In this document: positions 1 through 11,331 of the stretch, one piece after another
Layout: every line of letters begins with the position of its first letter
How positions within the stretch are numbered: the stretch's first letter is position 1
Assembly: GCA_963790295.1 (NCBI GenBank)
Contig: CAWBOE010000009.1
Location: forward strand, 15,810-79,809
Direction of reading: 5' to 3'
DNA: 64,000 bases
DNA from: an uncultured Actinomycetota bacterium
Lineage (GTDB): Bacteria > Actinomycetota > Actinomycetes > Propionibacteriales > Nocardioidaceae
Translations under genes and position numbers: made by a program
The notes under the pieces: model-generated
Databases searched by the model: none
Told to the model about the DNA's origin: nothing
The model's input: the letters and a program-made list of their open reading frames with translations, nothing else

Positions 1-2
1 CC

Positions 3-413
3 AACGACCGCGGCATCAAGATCGTCACCGGCGGCGCCCACGGCCTGAAGGTCTTCGGCAACGAGGAGCAGGTGCGCGCTGCCGTGGCCAACCTCGTCGC
101 CAACGCCGTCGCCTACTCCGGCGCCGCCTCGACGGTGCTCGTCTCGACCAAGACCGACGAGCAGATGGTCGAGATCTCCGTCGTCGACCAGGGCATCGGC
201 ATCCCCAGCGGCGAGCTCGACCGCATCTTCGAGCGCTTCTACCGCGTCGACCCGGCACGCCACCGGTCCACCGGCGGCACCGGTCTCGGACTGTCCATCG
301 TCAAGCACGTCGCGGCGACCCACGGCGGCGACATCCGCGTGTGGTCCGTCGAGGGCCAGGGCTCCACGTTCACCCTGACCCTGCCGCGCGCCCACCAGGA
401 AGCCATCACATGA
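3..413 (+). CDS. senX3: Sensor histidine kinase SenX3, C-terminal HATPase domain (5' truncated by window)
   Basis: N box (NLVANAVAYS), DQGIGI, FERFYRVD and GGTGLGLSIVKH motifs; TGA overlaps the ATG of the response regulator. Confidence 0.9.
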   Translation, partial: NDRGIKIVTGGAHGLKVFGNEEQVRAAVANLVANAVAYSGAASTVLVSTKTDEQMVEISVVDQGIGIPSGELDRIFERFYRVDPARHRSTGGTGLGLSIVKHVAATHGGDIRVWSVEGQGSTFTLTLPRAHQEAIT

Positions 414-1087
414 CCCGTGTTCTCGTCGTCGAGGACGAGGAGAGCTACTCCGACGCTCTCGCCTACATGCTCCGCAAGGAGGGGTACGACGTCGCGATCG
501 CCGCGAACGGACACGACGCCCTCGCGGAGTTCGACCGCCACGGTGCCGACATCGTGCTGCTCGACCTGATGCTCCCGGGCCTGCCGGGGACCGAGGTGTG
601 CCGGCAGATCCGGCAGACCTCCAACGTCCCGGTCATCATGGTCAGCGCCAAGGACGACGAGGTCGACAAGGTCGTCGGCCTCGAGCTCGGCGCCGACGAC
701 TACGTCACCAAGCCCTACTCGCCCCGCGAGCTGGTCGCCCGCATCCGCGCCGTCCTGCGCCGCGGCCACGAGTCCGAGCTCGCCCCGATGACTCTCGAGG
801 CCGGCCCCATCCGGATGGACGTCGAACGCCACGTGGTCACCGTCGACGGCACCGACCAACGGCTCCCGCTCAAGGAGTTCGAGCTGTTGGAGATGTTCCT
901 GCGCAACCAGGGACGGGTGCTCACCCGCGGCCAGCTGATCGACCGGGTCTGGGGGTCCGACTACGTCGGCGACACCAAGACCCTCGACGTCCACGTCAAG
1001 CGCCTGCGCGCCAAGCTGGAGCCCGACCCCAGCGACCCGAAGTACCTCGTCACCGTCCGCGGCCTCGGCTACAAGCTGGACCTGTAA
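410..1087 (+). CDS. regX3: OmpR-family response regulator RegX3
   Basis: MTRVLVVEDEESYSDAL, LLDLMLPG, GADDYVTKPYS and DRVWGSDYVGDTKTLDVHVKRLRAK; ATGA overlap with senX3. Confidence 0.93.
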   Translation: MTRVLVVEDEESYSDALAYMLRKEGYDVAIAANGHDALAEFDRHGADIVLLDLMLPGLPGTEVCRQIRQTSNVPVIMVSAKDDEVDKVVGLELGADDYVTKPYSPRELVARIRAVLRRGHESELAPMTLEAGPIRMDVERHVVTVDGTDQRLPLKEFELLEMFLRNQGRVLTRGQLIDRVWGSDYVGDTKTLDVHVKRLRAKLEPDPSDPKYLVTVRGLGYKLDL

Positions 1088-1095
1088 GCGGGCGG

Positions 1096-1156
1096 GATAC
1101 CCGGTCGACCGGGTATCGCGGACGTTAGTGGGGGTTGCAACCCTCACGAACGTCCA
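1096..1156. terminator. Two adjacent palindromes after regX3 (terminator or REP-like)
   Basis: Perfect 22-bp palindrome GATACCCGGTCGACCGGGTATC (1096-1117), then an imperfect palindrome GGACGTT..GTG..TTGCAA..CAC..AACGTCC. Confidence 0.5.
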
Positions 1157-1244
1157 GGAACGACGCCAAAGTTCGGCGGGAAATCGGCGAACGCCGTCCG
1201 ATAACCGCTCGAACGGTGTCGGTCGTCATCCCTAGGCTCGTCTG

Positions 1245-2180
1245 GTGAACGCGACCCCTGCTCGGACCTGGCTCCCGCTCGCCGCCGTGGCGGTGACCTT
1301 GGTGCTGTGGGCGTCGGCGTTCGTGGCGATCCGCCACCTCGGCAAGGACTTCGAGCCCGGCTCGCTGTCGCTCGGCCGGCTGGTCGTGGGCGCCGCGGCG
1401 CTGGGCGCCGTCGCGGTGCCCAAGCTCAAGGCGGTGCCCCGGCTCACGGTGCGCGAGTGGCTGTCGATCGTGGTGATCGGCGTGCTGTGGTTCGGCGTCT
1501 ACAACGTCGCCCTCAACGAGGGCGAGCACCACGTCGACGCCGGCACCGCGTCCATGCTGCTGCAGGTCTCGCCGATCCTGATCGCGGTGCTGGCGACGAT
1601 CTTCCTCAGCGAGCGGTTCACGACCTACCTCGCCCTGGGTCTCGCACTCGCCTTCGCCGGCGTCGCCCTGATCGGCACGGCCGACAGCGGTTCAGGCGGC
1701 AGCCGCGACCTGCTCGGCGTGGTGCTGTGCCTGGTCTCGGCCGCGGTCTACTCCATCAGCGTGATCCTCCAGAAGCCGCTCGTGAGCAGGCTGCCCGCTC
1801 TCCACATCACCTGGCTGGCGTGCACGGTCGGCGCGGTCGCGTGCCTGCCGTTCGTGGGCCAGCTGGTCGACGACACCCGCAACGCCCCGGCGTCCTCGGT
1901 CCTGTGGGTGATCTACCTCGGCGTCTTCCCGACAGCCATCGCGTTCACCACCTACGCCTACGCTCTGCGCCACATGAGCGCCTCGAGCCTCGGCGTGACG
2001 ACCTACCTCGTGCCGCCGATCACCATCGTGATGGGGCTGGTGTTCCTGTCCGAGACCCCACCCACGATCGCGTACGCCGGCGGCGTGCTCGCGCTGCTCG
2101 GCGTCGCCGTCGCGCGGCGCAAGCCCAAGCCCAAGGCCGCCATGCCCCAGCCAGAGGAGACCGCGCGCGTCCACGGATAG
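1245..2180 (+). CDS. EamA/DMT family transporter
   Basis: About 10 hydrophobic helices; LWASAFVAIR, duplicated EamA halves, YLGVFPTAIAFTTY. Confidence 0.9.
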   Translation: MNATPARTWLPLAAVAVTLVLWASAFVAIRHLGKDFEPGSLSLGRLVVGAAALGAVAVPKLKAVPRLTVREWLSIVVIGVLWFGVYNVALNEGEHHVDAGTASMLLQVSPILIAVLATIFLSERFTTYLALGLALAFAGVALIGTADSGSGGSRDLLGVVLCLVSAAVYSISVILQKPLVSRLPALHITWLACTVGAVACLPFVGQLVDDTRNAPASSVLWVIYLGVFPTAIAFTTYAYALRHMSASSLGVTTYLVPPITIVMGLVFLSETPPTIAYAGGVLALLGVAVARRKPKPKAAMPQPEETARVHG

Positions 2181-2195
2181 TGGGATGCTGCGCAC

Positions 2196-2549
2196 GTGAA
2201 CGCCGTCGCGGCCGCGCTGGTCGCCATCGTGGCCCTGATCCACCTCTACATCGTCGTGCTCGAGATGGCGCTCTGGACCAAGCCGCAGGGGCGGGCAGCG
2301 TTCGGCACTGACGCGGAGTTCGCGGAGGAATCCAAGACGCTGGCCGCCAACCAGGGCCTCTACAACGGCTTCCTCGTCGCCGGCCTGGTCTGGGGCCTGG
2401 TCGCCGACAAGATGGACGTCCAGGTGTTCTTCCTGCTCTGCGTGATCGTGGCCGGCGTGTACGGCGCCGCGACGGTCAGCCGCCGGATCCTGCTCGTGCA
2501 GGCGCTACCGGCCGCTCTCGCCCTCGTCGCCGTCCTCGTCGCCGACTGA
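2196..2549 (+). CDS. DUF1304 family membrane protein
   Basis: HLYIVVLEM and LAANQGLYNGFL motifs. Confidence 0.85.
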   Translation: MNAVAAALVAIVALIHLYIVVLEMALWTKPQGRAAFGTDAEFAEESKTLAANQGLYNGFLVAGLVWGLVADKMDVQVFFLLCVIVAGVYGAATVSRRILLVQALPAALALVAVLVAD

Positions 2550-3047
2550 CGGGTCCCCGCCGGACTCGAGCCAGCCCCGGAACGCCTCGAGGTTCGCCGT
2601 GGACTCGCCGCGAAGGTTGCGCCACTCCCACTCCTTGCGGATCGAGGAGGCGAAACCGAGCTCGAGGATCGTGTTGAACGACTCGTCGGCGTAGGTCAGC
2701 ACCGACCCGAGCAGCCGGTCGAGCTCGTCGGGGGTCACCGACGACAGCGGCAGCCTGGCGTCGAGGTAGATGTCGCCCAGCCGGTCGAGCGCGAACGCCA
2801 CGGCGTACATCCTCAGGTTCCGCTGCAGCAGCCACCGGTAGACCGCCTCGTGGTTCTCGTCGGGAGCGCGGCACACGAAGGCGTGGCAGGCCAGCGCGTG
2901 CGGGCCGACGTCGAGACGAACCGCCGTCTGGAGCTTGCGCTCGCCGGGCAGGGCGAAGCTGAACACGCCCTCGGCGGGCTCGGTGAAGTCGATGTCGTGG
3001 TCGGTCAGGTGCCGCCGGACGGCGACGATCGGGTCGGCCGCGCTCAC
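2505..3047 (-). CDS. YbjN domain protein (Rv0487-like)
   Basis: LPGERKLQT, AFVCRAPDENHEAVYRWLLQRN and ILELGFASSIRKEWEWR; conserved position downstream of mshA; start set at GTG 3047. Confidence 0.85.
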   Translation of the reverse strand: MSAADPIVAVRRHLTDHDIDFTEPAEGVFSFALPGERKLQTAVRLDVGPHALACHAFVCRAPDENHEAVYRWLLQRNLRMYAVAFALDRLGDIYLDARLPLSSVTPDELDRLLGSVLTYADESFNTILELGFASSIRKEWEWRNLRGESTANLEAFRGWLESGGDPSVGDEDGDEGESGR

Positions 3048-3058
3048 ACCCGACAGGC

Positions 3059-3219
3059 TAGGGGTCTGCTGAACAAGGCGCCCGTCGCGAGTGTCGCGAT
3101 GTGCGTGCGATGGCAAGGCGGAGGAACGAAGGCGGGTGGATACCCGTCGAGTGACGACAACGCGGCCAGCGCGCGTGCAGCGCGGCGCGTAGCAGCGCGG
3201 ATTGTTCAGCAGACCCCTA
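3059..3219. mobile_element. MITE-like non-autonomous element with perfect 18-bp terminal inverted repeats
   Basis: TAGGGGTCTGCTGAACAA (3059-3076) and TTGTTCAGCAGACCCCTA (3202-3219); CTAG/CTAA at the ends; no transposase inside. Confidence 0.8.
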
Positions 3220-4476
3220 AGCAACAGCTTCGCGCATGAACGACCTGGCCCGTTCGTAGGTCTCGAGCGTCTTCTCGGCGGTGAGGTCCCACGAGAACTG
3301 CGCGGCCTGTCGGAGCGCACCGCGCGAGAGCCGCTCGCGCAGCGCCGGGTCGCGGACCAGTGACGCCAGGGCGTCGGCCCAGTCATCGGGCCGGTGGGAG
3401 TCGACCAGGATGCCGCTGCGCCCGTCGTCGACGACGGTGGTCAACCCGCCGACGGCAGCGGCCACTACGGGCGTGCCGGAGGCCTGGGCCTCGACGGCGA
3501 CCAGGCCGAACGACTCGTTGTAGGAAGGTACGGCGACCAGGTCGGCCGCGGCGTACCACTGCGCCAGCTCTGCCTGCGCGACCGGCGGCACGAACCTCAC
3601 CACGGCGTCGAGGCCCAGCGCCGCGGCCAGCTGGGCCAGCGACTCGGGATGCTCGAGGCCCGAGCCGGAGGGCCCACCGACGATCGGGACGACCAGGCGC
3701 GAACGGAGTCCGGGCTCGCGCTCGAGCAGCACCGCGACCGCGCGCAGCAGCACGTCGGGCGCCTTCAGCGGCTGGATGCGGCCGGCGAACAGCAGCACCG
3801 AGGCGTCGGCCGGCAGGTCGAGCCGCCGGCGGGTGTCGGCGCGGTCGCGCGGCCGGAACACGTCGAGATCGACACCCGGGTGGATCACGTCGACGCGCGT
3901 GGCGCAGGCGTCGTACAGGTTGATCAGCTGCTTGGCCTCGGTGTCGGTGTTGGCGATCAGGATGTCTGCGGCCTCGACGACCTGCTCCTCGCCGATGATG
4001 CGGGCGACGGGCTCGGGGGTGTCGCCCTCGGCGAGCGCGTCGTTCTTGACCTTCGCCATGGTGTGCATCGAGTGCACCAGCGGCACTCCCCAGCGGTCGC
4101 GCGCCAGCGCGCCGACCTGACCGGAGAGCCAGTAGTGGGAGTGGACGGCGGAGTAGTGCCCCAGCGGCTGGGAGGCCTCGCTGCGCAGCACCTCGCGCGC
4201 GAACACGCACAGCTGCCCGGGCAGCTCGTCCTTGGTGAGTCCTTCGAAGGGGCCGGCGTGGATGTTGTGGACCAGCACGCCCGGTGCCGCCTCGACGACC
4301 GTCGGCAGGGACGAGGACGTGGCGCGGGTGAAGATGTCGACCGGGATGCCCTGCGCGGCGAGCCGCTTGGAGAGCTCCATCACGTAGACGTTCATGCCGC
4401 CGGCGTCCCCGGTGCCCGGCTGGTCGAGCGGGGACGTGTGCAGGCTGATCATCGCCACACGGTCGGTAGCTCCCAC
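3217..4476 (-). CDS. mshA: D-inositol-3-phosphate glycosyltransferase (mycothiol biosynthesis)
   Basis: [40 protein letters not shown] and [16 protein letters not shown]; start GTG 4476 is approximate. Confidence 0.95.
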   Translation of the reverse strand: MGATDRVAMISLHTSPLDQPGTGDAGGMNVYVMELSKRLAAQGIPVDIFTRATSSSLPTVVEAAPGVLVHNIHAGPFEGLTKDELPGQLCVFAREVLRSEASQPLGHYSAVHSHYWLSGQVGALARDRWGVPLVHSMHTMAKVKNDALAEGDTPEPVARIIGEEQVVEAADILIANTDTEAKQLINLYDACATRVDVIHPGVDLDVFRPRDRADTRRRLDLPADASVLLFAGRIQPLKAPDVLLRAVAVLLEREPGLRSRLVVPIVGGPSGSGLEHPESLAQLAAALGLDAVVRFVPPVAQAELAQWYAAADLVAVPSYNESFGLVAVEAQASGTPVVAAAVGGLTTVVDDGRSGILVDSHRPDDWADALASLVRDPALRERLSRGALRQAAQFSWDLTAEKTLETYERARSFMREAVA

Positions 4477-4599
4477 GTGCGTGCGTCCCTTCGCGTCGGC
4501 GGACTCCTCCAGAGGGCCCAACCGCCCAGTTCCCGGAACGATTCCCGCCGAGCGCTCTTTCGGCGAGCTTGCGAGCCGGCAAGAGCTAGCGAGCTGTCT

Positions 4600-4995
4600 T
4601 CAGAGAGTGGCCCCGCGCGGGGCTCGGACCAGCAGGAGGAGGGCGAACACGGCGACGGCCGCGCCGGCCACCCCCCACACGATGCCGTCGTCGGAGGCCG
4701 AGGTCGCCACGAAAGCGATGACCATCCAGAACAGCAACGGCAGCGCGCAGGCCACGAACAGGCGCAGTGCCATCAGGCCGCGCTTGACCAGCAGCGTGCC
4801 CAGCTCGAGGAGGAACAGCGTCGCGAGCGCGGCGCCCGCCCAGAACAGTCCGAGCTCCACGGGATCGTCACCGCGCTCCCAGACGTACCAGGCCGCAACC
4901 CAGGCAAGGCCTCCGAGGATCCCGAGCACCTGAGCCACCCTGCGCACGAGCTGGCTCCGTTCCCGTCTCGCCTGGTGTCTGTGGGCTTCCGGCAT
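4600..4995 (-). CDS. Hypothetical membrane protein (about 4 TM)
   Basis: Four hydrophobic segments in a 131-aa ORF filling the gap between mshA and the SDR gene. Confidence 0.6.
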   Translation of the reverse strand: MPEAHRHQARRERSQLVRRVAQVLGILGGLAWVAAWYVWERGDDPVELGLFWAGAALATLFLLELGTLLVKRGLMALRLFVACALPLLFWMVIAFVATSASDDGIVWGVAGAAVAVFALLLLVRAPRGATL

Positions 4996-5039
4996 GACCG
5001 GTCAGTCTGCCGGGGGACCCGTCGCGGCACAATCGCGCC

Positions 5040-5798
5040 ATGAGCACGACCCCCATGGACCACAGGATCGCCGTCGTCACGGGTGCCAGCAGCGGAATCG
5101 GCGCGGCCACTGCTCGCCGGCTGGCGGCCGAGGGCTTCCTGGTGCACTGCGCCGCGCGGCGTACCGACCGCATCGAGGCCCTCGCGGCCGAGATCGGTGG
5201 CGTCGCGACGGGCTGCGACGTCACCGACCGCGACTCGGTGGCCGCTCTCGCCGAACGCGTCGGCCCGGTGCTGCACGTCCTGGTCAACAACGCCGGCGGC
5301 GCCTTCGGAGGCGACCCGGTCGAGCCCTCCGATCCCGACGACTGGGCCAGGGCGTACGACGTCAACGTGCTGGGCACCCTGCACGTCACGCAGGCCCTGC
5401 TGCCGGCGCTGCGGGCCAGCGGCGACGGGCTCGTCGTCAACATGGGGTCGACGGCCGGCCGGGTCGTCTACGAGGGTGGCGGCGCCTACACCGCCGCCAA
5501 GCACGCCCTCAAGGCGCTGACCGGGACGCTGCGGCTCGAGCTGTGCGGCGAGCCCATCCGCGTCACCGAGGTCGCGCCGGGCATGGTGCGCACCGACGAG
5601 TTCGCGCTGAACCGCTTCCGCGGCGACGCCGAGAAGGCCGCGTCCGTCTACGCCGGGGTGCCGGACCCGCTGACAGCCGATGACATCGCCGACGTCGTCG
5701 GCTGGGTCGCGACCCGCTCGTCACACGTCGACATCGACGAGATCGTGGTGCGACCGCGCGCCCAGGCCGCCCAGCACAAGGTGCACCGCGTCACCTGA
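5040..5798 (+). CDS. SDR family oxidoreductase (Rv0484c-like)
   Basis: TGASSGIG, NNAG, YTAAK catalytic motif and RPRAQAAQHKVHR C-terminus. Confidence 0.92.
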   Translation: MSTTPMDHRIAVVTGASSGIGAATARRLAAEGFLVHCAARRTDRIEALAAEIGGVATGCDVTDRDSVAALAERVGPVLHVLVNNAGGAFGGDPVEPSDPDDWARAYDVNVLGTLHVTQALLPALRASGDGLVVNMGSTAGRVVYEGGGAYTAAKHALKALTGTLRLELCGEPIRVTEVAPGMVRTDEFALNRFRGDAEKAASVYAGVPDPLTADDIADVVGWVATRSSHVDIDEIVVRPRAQAAQHKVHRVT

Positions 5799-5835
5799 GC
5801 GGGCCATCGGGCCGGGCATCGGGCAGACTTCCCCC

Positions 5836-6525
5836 GTGCAGACCATCGGCCTCGTGGGGGGCATGAGCTGGGAGAGCAGCGCGGTCTACTACCGCGACCT
5901 CAACCTCGGCGTGCAAGAACGGCTCGGCGGGCTGTCGTCGCCGCGGCTGGTGCTGAGCACGGTCGACTTCGCCGAGCTGACCGACCTCGAGGAGGACGAG
6001 CGCTGGGACCAGATCGGCGAGCTGCTCGCCGAGGCCGGACGCGGCGTCGAGCGGGCCGGAGCCGACTTCCTGCTGCTGTGCACCACGACGTTCCACAAGG
6101 TGGCCGACCAGGTCGAGGCGGCGGTCGACATCCCGCTCCTGCACCTCGCCGACGTGGTCGCGTCGGCGTGCCTCGAGCAGGACGCCACGACCGTGGGCTT
6201 CATCGGCACCAAGGTCGCGATGGAGGACGAGTTCTTCTCCGAGCGCCTCGGCCGCCACGGCGTCTCGGTGATCATGCCGGCGGCGGAGCACCACGACTGG
6301 CTCAACGCCGCGATCTACGACGAGCTGGTGCACGGCCGGGTCGTCGACGCCACCCGCCGCAGGGTAGTCGCGCTGACCGAGGAGCTCTGGGACGCCGGCG
6401 CCGGCGCGATCCTGCTCGGCTGCACCGAGATCGAGCTGCTCGTCTCACAGGCCGACATCGAGCTGCCCGCGATCCCCTGCACCACCCTCCACGTCAACGC
6501 CGCCCTGGACCGCGCGCTGCGTTGA
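5836..6525 (+). CDS. Aspartate/glutamate racemase family (YgeA-like) amino acid racemase
   Basis: IGLVGGMSWESS, LLLCTTTFH and ILLGCTEI two-cysteine motifs. Confidence 0.9.
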   Translation: MQTIGLVGGMSWESSAVYYRDLNLGVQERLGGLSSPRLVLSTVDFAELTDLEEDERWDQIGELLAEAGRGVERAGADFLLLCTTTFHKVADQVEAAVDIPLLHLADVVASACLEQDATTVGFIGTKVAMEDEFFSERLGRHGVSVIMPAAEHHDWLNAAIYDELVHGRVVDATRRRVVALTEELWDAGAGAILLGCTEIELLVSQADIELPAIPCTTLHVNAALDRALR

Positions 6526-6545
6526 TTGGCTCGCTCCGCTCGCAT

Positions 6546-6635
6546 GTCCGCCGCGCTGATAACCCCTGGTCTTCCTCCTCGACTCGCTCGCTGCGCTCGC
6601 TTCGCTCGTCGTGCAGACCAGGGTGCGCGGCGGAC
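6546..6635. repeat. Nested-hairpin REP-like element between convergent genes
   Basis: Outer stem GTCCGCCGCGC/GCGCGGCGGAC, inner stem CCCTGGTCT/AGACCAGGG, core GCTCGCTGCGCTCGC shared with 44327-44418. Confidence 0.7.
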
Positions 6636-7997
6636 TCAGCGTGGGGTACCGCCCGCGCTGGTGTCGAGCACGATGACGGCGAGGCGGGAGAGGTCGGGGG
6701 TCAGGTGCTGCTCGGGCACCTGCGCCCGGCGGCCGCAGAGGTTGAACGCGTAGACGAACATGTCGGGGTGCGGGTTGCCACCCGGCACGTGGCTCAGGTC
6801 GATGCGGTCGACCAGGCTGCGAACCTCCGGCACCCGGGCGTCGTGGCTGGCCAGGTCGACCGAACCCTCGGTGGTGCGCCCGGCGAAGCCGCCTGTACGG
6901 CGGACGACGACGAGGGTCTCGTCGGCGCCGGGCTCGGGGGTGGTGGGGGCGGAGGTCGAGCCGTCGGCAGGGGTGATGCCGACGGTCTCCCAAGCCTGGC
7001 GCACGGCCTCGGCGTGGTCACCGGCTGCCGCGACCGTGGCGGCCGCGAAGCCCGCGAAGTCGGTGTCGGGACCTACCGGACCTCCGGTCAGGGCGGCGTA
7101 CCAAACAGCCCCGGCACCCTCCCACGAGCGTCCGCCGATGGCCGTGGCCGCGAGGTGGAAGGCGCGGTTGGGGATCCCGGAGTTGAGGTGGACCCCGCCG
7201 TTGTCGTCGGTGGTCTCGATGTAGGCGTCCATCGAGGCGCCCTGGGGATCCTTGCCCAGCTGCGGGTCGTCGTAGGCCGTGCCGGGGTTGGCCATGTCGC
7301 GCAGCCCGCGGGCGTTGACGCCCGGGAGGAACAGGCCTGCCCCGACCAGCCAGTCGGCCTGGTCGACGGTCTGGCCGAGCAGCCACTGCTTGAGGCAGCT
7401 GCCGAAGACGTCGCTGACGGACTCGTTGAGGGCACCGGACTGGTCCCGGTAGCGGAGCCCGGCACTGTGCTCGGTGACCGCGTGGCTGAGCTCGTGGCCG
7501 AGCACGTCGACGGGCTTGGTGAACCGGTCGAAGATCTCGCCGTCGCCGTCACCGAAGACCAGCTGGGTGCCGTCCCAGAAGGCGTTGTCGTAGTCGCGGC
7601 CGTAGTGGACCGTCACCGACACCGCAGCACCCGCGTCGTCGTAGGACGAGCGGTCGAAGACCTCGGCGAACAGCCGCAGCGCGCCGTCGATGCCGTCGGC
7701 GGCCTCGTCGACGGCTGCGTCGCCCGAGGCCGCGTCGCCGGCGCCGCGCACGGGCGTGCCGGGCAGCGTGGTGGTGTTGCCGGCGGTGTGGACGGTCCAG
7801 TCGGGGACGGTCGCGACAGCCCCGGGCTGGCTCACCGTCGCGGAGGGGTGCGGATGCGGCGCGGTCGTCGCGCGGAGGTCGCGGAGCTGGGCGTCGACCG
7901 AGAGCGTCGCGGTCGCCCGAGCGGCGGCACTGCTGCCGCCGGCGGCCGAACGGGCGATCTGCTCGAGGAGGTACGGGGGGATGAAGGAGCAGGTCAT
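6636..7997 (-). CDS. Protealysin-like M4 metalloprotease fused to a C-terminal emfourin (M4in) inhibitor domain
   Basis: Propeptide CSFIPPYLL; DNAFW, HELSH, NESVSD and DNGGVHLNSGIPN; P/T linker, then VRRTGGFAG...PDMFVY...VPEQHL emfourin-like domain. Confidence 0.85.
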   Translation of the reverse strand: MTCSFIPPYLLEQIARSAAGGSSAAARATATLSVDAQLRDLRATTAPHPHPSATVSQPGAVATVPDWTVHTAGNTTTLPGTPVRGAGDAASGDAAVDEAADGIDGALRLFAEVFDRSSYDDAGAAVSVTVHYGRDYDNAFWDGTQLVFGDGDGEIFDRFTKPVDVLGHELSHAVTEHSAGLRYRDQSGALNESVSDVFGSCLKQWLLGQTVDQADWLVGAGLFLPGVNARGLRDMANPGTAYDDPQLGKDPQGASMDAYIETTDDNGGVHLNSGIPNRAFHLAATAIGGRSWEGAGAVWYAALTGGPVGPDTDFAGFAAATVAAAGDHAEAVRQAWETVGITPADGSTSAPTTPEPGADETLVVVRRTGGFAGRTTEGSVDLASHDARVPEVRSLVDRIDLSHVPGGNPHPDMFVYAFNLCGRRAQVPEQHLTPDLSRLAVIVLDTSAGGTPR

Positions 7998-8035
7998 GGG
8001 TCCTGCCTACCGGCCCGGACCGACAACTCCAAGCA

Positions 8036-9157
8036 TCAGGAGCTGTCGGCGGCTGTCCCGTTGAGGACGTCGCCCGCGCCGGCGCCGGCCTGGGTGCCGC
8101 GGCCGACGCCCTCCTCGGGCACGAGCAGGCGCAGCGCCATCAGGTCGCGGACCGCTGCCGCGACGAGCTGGACCGAGATCGGCCACTTGCCGGCCAGCTC
8201 GCGGTTGGCCGCGGCGTGCAGCTCCTCGATCGACGCACCGCCGGCGGCGGCCATCCAGACCACCCGCCGTAGCCCGTCGAGCGCGAGGTGGTGCCCGCTG
8301 ACCGCGGTGGGCCGGTCGTCGCTGTCACCGATCCCGACGGCGACGTAGAGCTGCCCGGGCCCGACAGGATGCTGCGTACGGACCAGCAGCAGCTCGGCCA
8401 GGACCGGGGCCGCAGCGTGGATCTCGCCGTAGCGCAACACCCACAGACCGTCGACCTCGTCGATCAGGTCGGGCAGCGCGGTGTCCGACCACGCGTCCGG
8501 GGAGCCGACCAGGGCGCCCTCGAGACGGCGTACGTCGTCGGGCCGGCGCACGCGGGTCAGCTCGGGGATGCCCCGGTGAGCCGGGTCGTGCTCGAGCAGC
8601 ACGGCGGCGGCCAGGTGCAGGGGCCCGGCGGGACAGGGGCGCATGCCCAGGGCGTCCGGACCGGCCAGGATCGAGGACTCGGGGCCGAGCTCATCGTCCT
8701 GCTCGAAGCGCAGGGGCTCGGGGAACGGCACCACGTCGAAGGACTCGTCGGTCGCCAGCAGCTCGTCGGTGACGTAGCCGAAGCCGCGACGGCTCAGCTC
8801 CGCGGCAGCACCGGCGCGCAGGGCGGGGTCGGTGGAGAACAGGCCGAGCACGCTGCCGTCCGGCGTCGCTACAGCGGCGGCGCGAAGCACCACCAGCCGG
8901 TCGGCGGCCGCGGCGAGGGCCAGGTCGCGGAGCTCGTCGGCAAGGTGCAGACCGTCCTCGGGCTCCAGGGGACGGTCGGAGCGCGGCAGCGTGATGACGG
9001 TCTCGTCACCGTGCGCCGAGCCGGGGTCGGTCGAGCGGCAGCGGGACCAGAGGGCGTCGACCTGCGCGGCGGCGGGATGTCCGCCGGCCTCGATCCGGAC
9101 TCGTCGGCCCAGGACGTCGAGCAGCACTGCAGGGGGCTGGGAGGAGGCGCGCGTCAC
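8036..9157 (-). CDS. Degenerate HPr-kinase-like domain plus C-terminal PqqD/RRE-like domain
   Basis: LRAAAVA, GFGYVTDE and PFPEPL align with the intact paralog at 32661, but the P-loop is replaced (FSTDPALRA); C-terminal LDGLRRVVW..SIEEL..AVRDLMALRLL; start uncertain. Confidence 0.6.
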   Translation of the reverse strand: MTRASSQPPAVLLDVLGRRVRIEAGGHPAAAQVDALWSRCRSTDPGSAHGDETVITLPRSDRPLEPEDGLHLADELRDLALAAAADRLVVLRAAAVATPDGSVLGLFSTDPALRAGAAAELSRRGFGYVTDELLATDESFDVVPFPEPLRFEQDDELGPESSILAGPDALGMRPCPAGPLHLAAAVLLEHDPAHRGIPELTRVRRPDDVRRLEGALVGSPDAWSDTALPDLIDEVDGLWVLRYGEIHAAAPVLAELLLVRTQHPVGPGQLYVAVGIGDSDDRPTAVSGHHLALDGLRRVVWMAAAGGASIEELHAAANRELAGKWPISVQLVAAAVRDLMALRLLVPEEGVGRGTQAGAGAGDVLNGTAADSS

Positions 9158-9421
9158 CGGGGCCGCCCCGCCGCCGGCCCGTGAGGCCGTGCGGGCAGGG
9201 GCCTGCGCAGGCAGGCGTTGCCACCCATCGAGATCCCCCCAGATTCGACGTACGAGTGCTGACGCACCAGCGCCCGCCGCCCCCGGCGGACGCACCACAA
9301 AGGTAGCCAGCGGGCTCGGGAGGGGTAAAGGACGATGCGGCGGTGGACCATACCGGCCCGTAGACTCTGCGGGTTTCGCCTCCGCCGACTCTCGAACCCC
9401 TGTAAAGGTGCCCGCCTCGTC

Positions 9422-11331
<1,910 letters not shown>

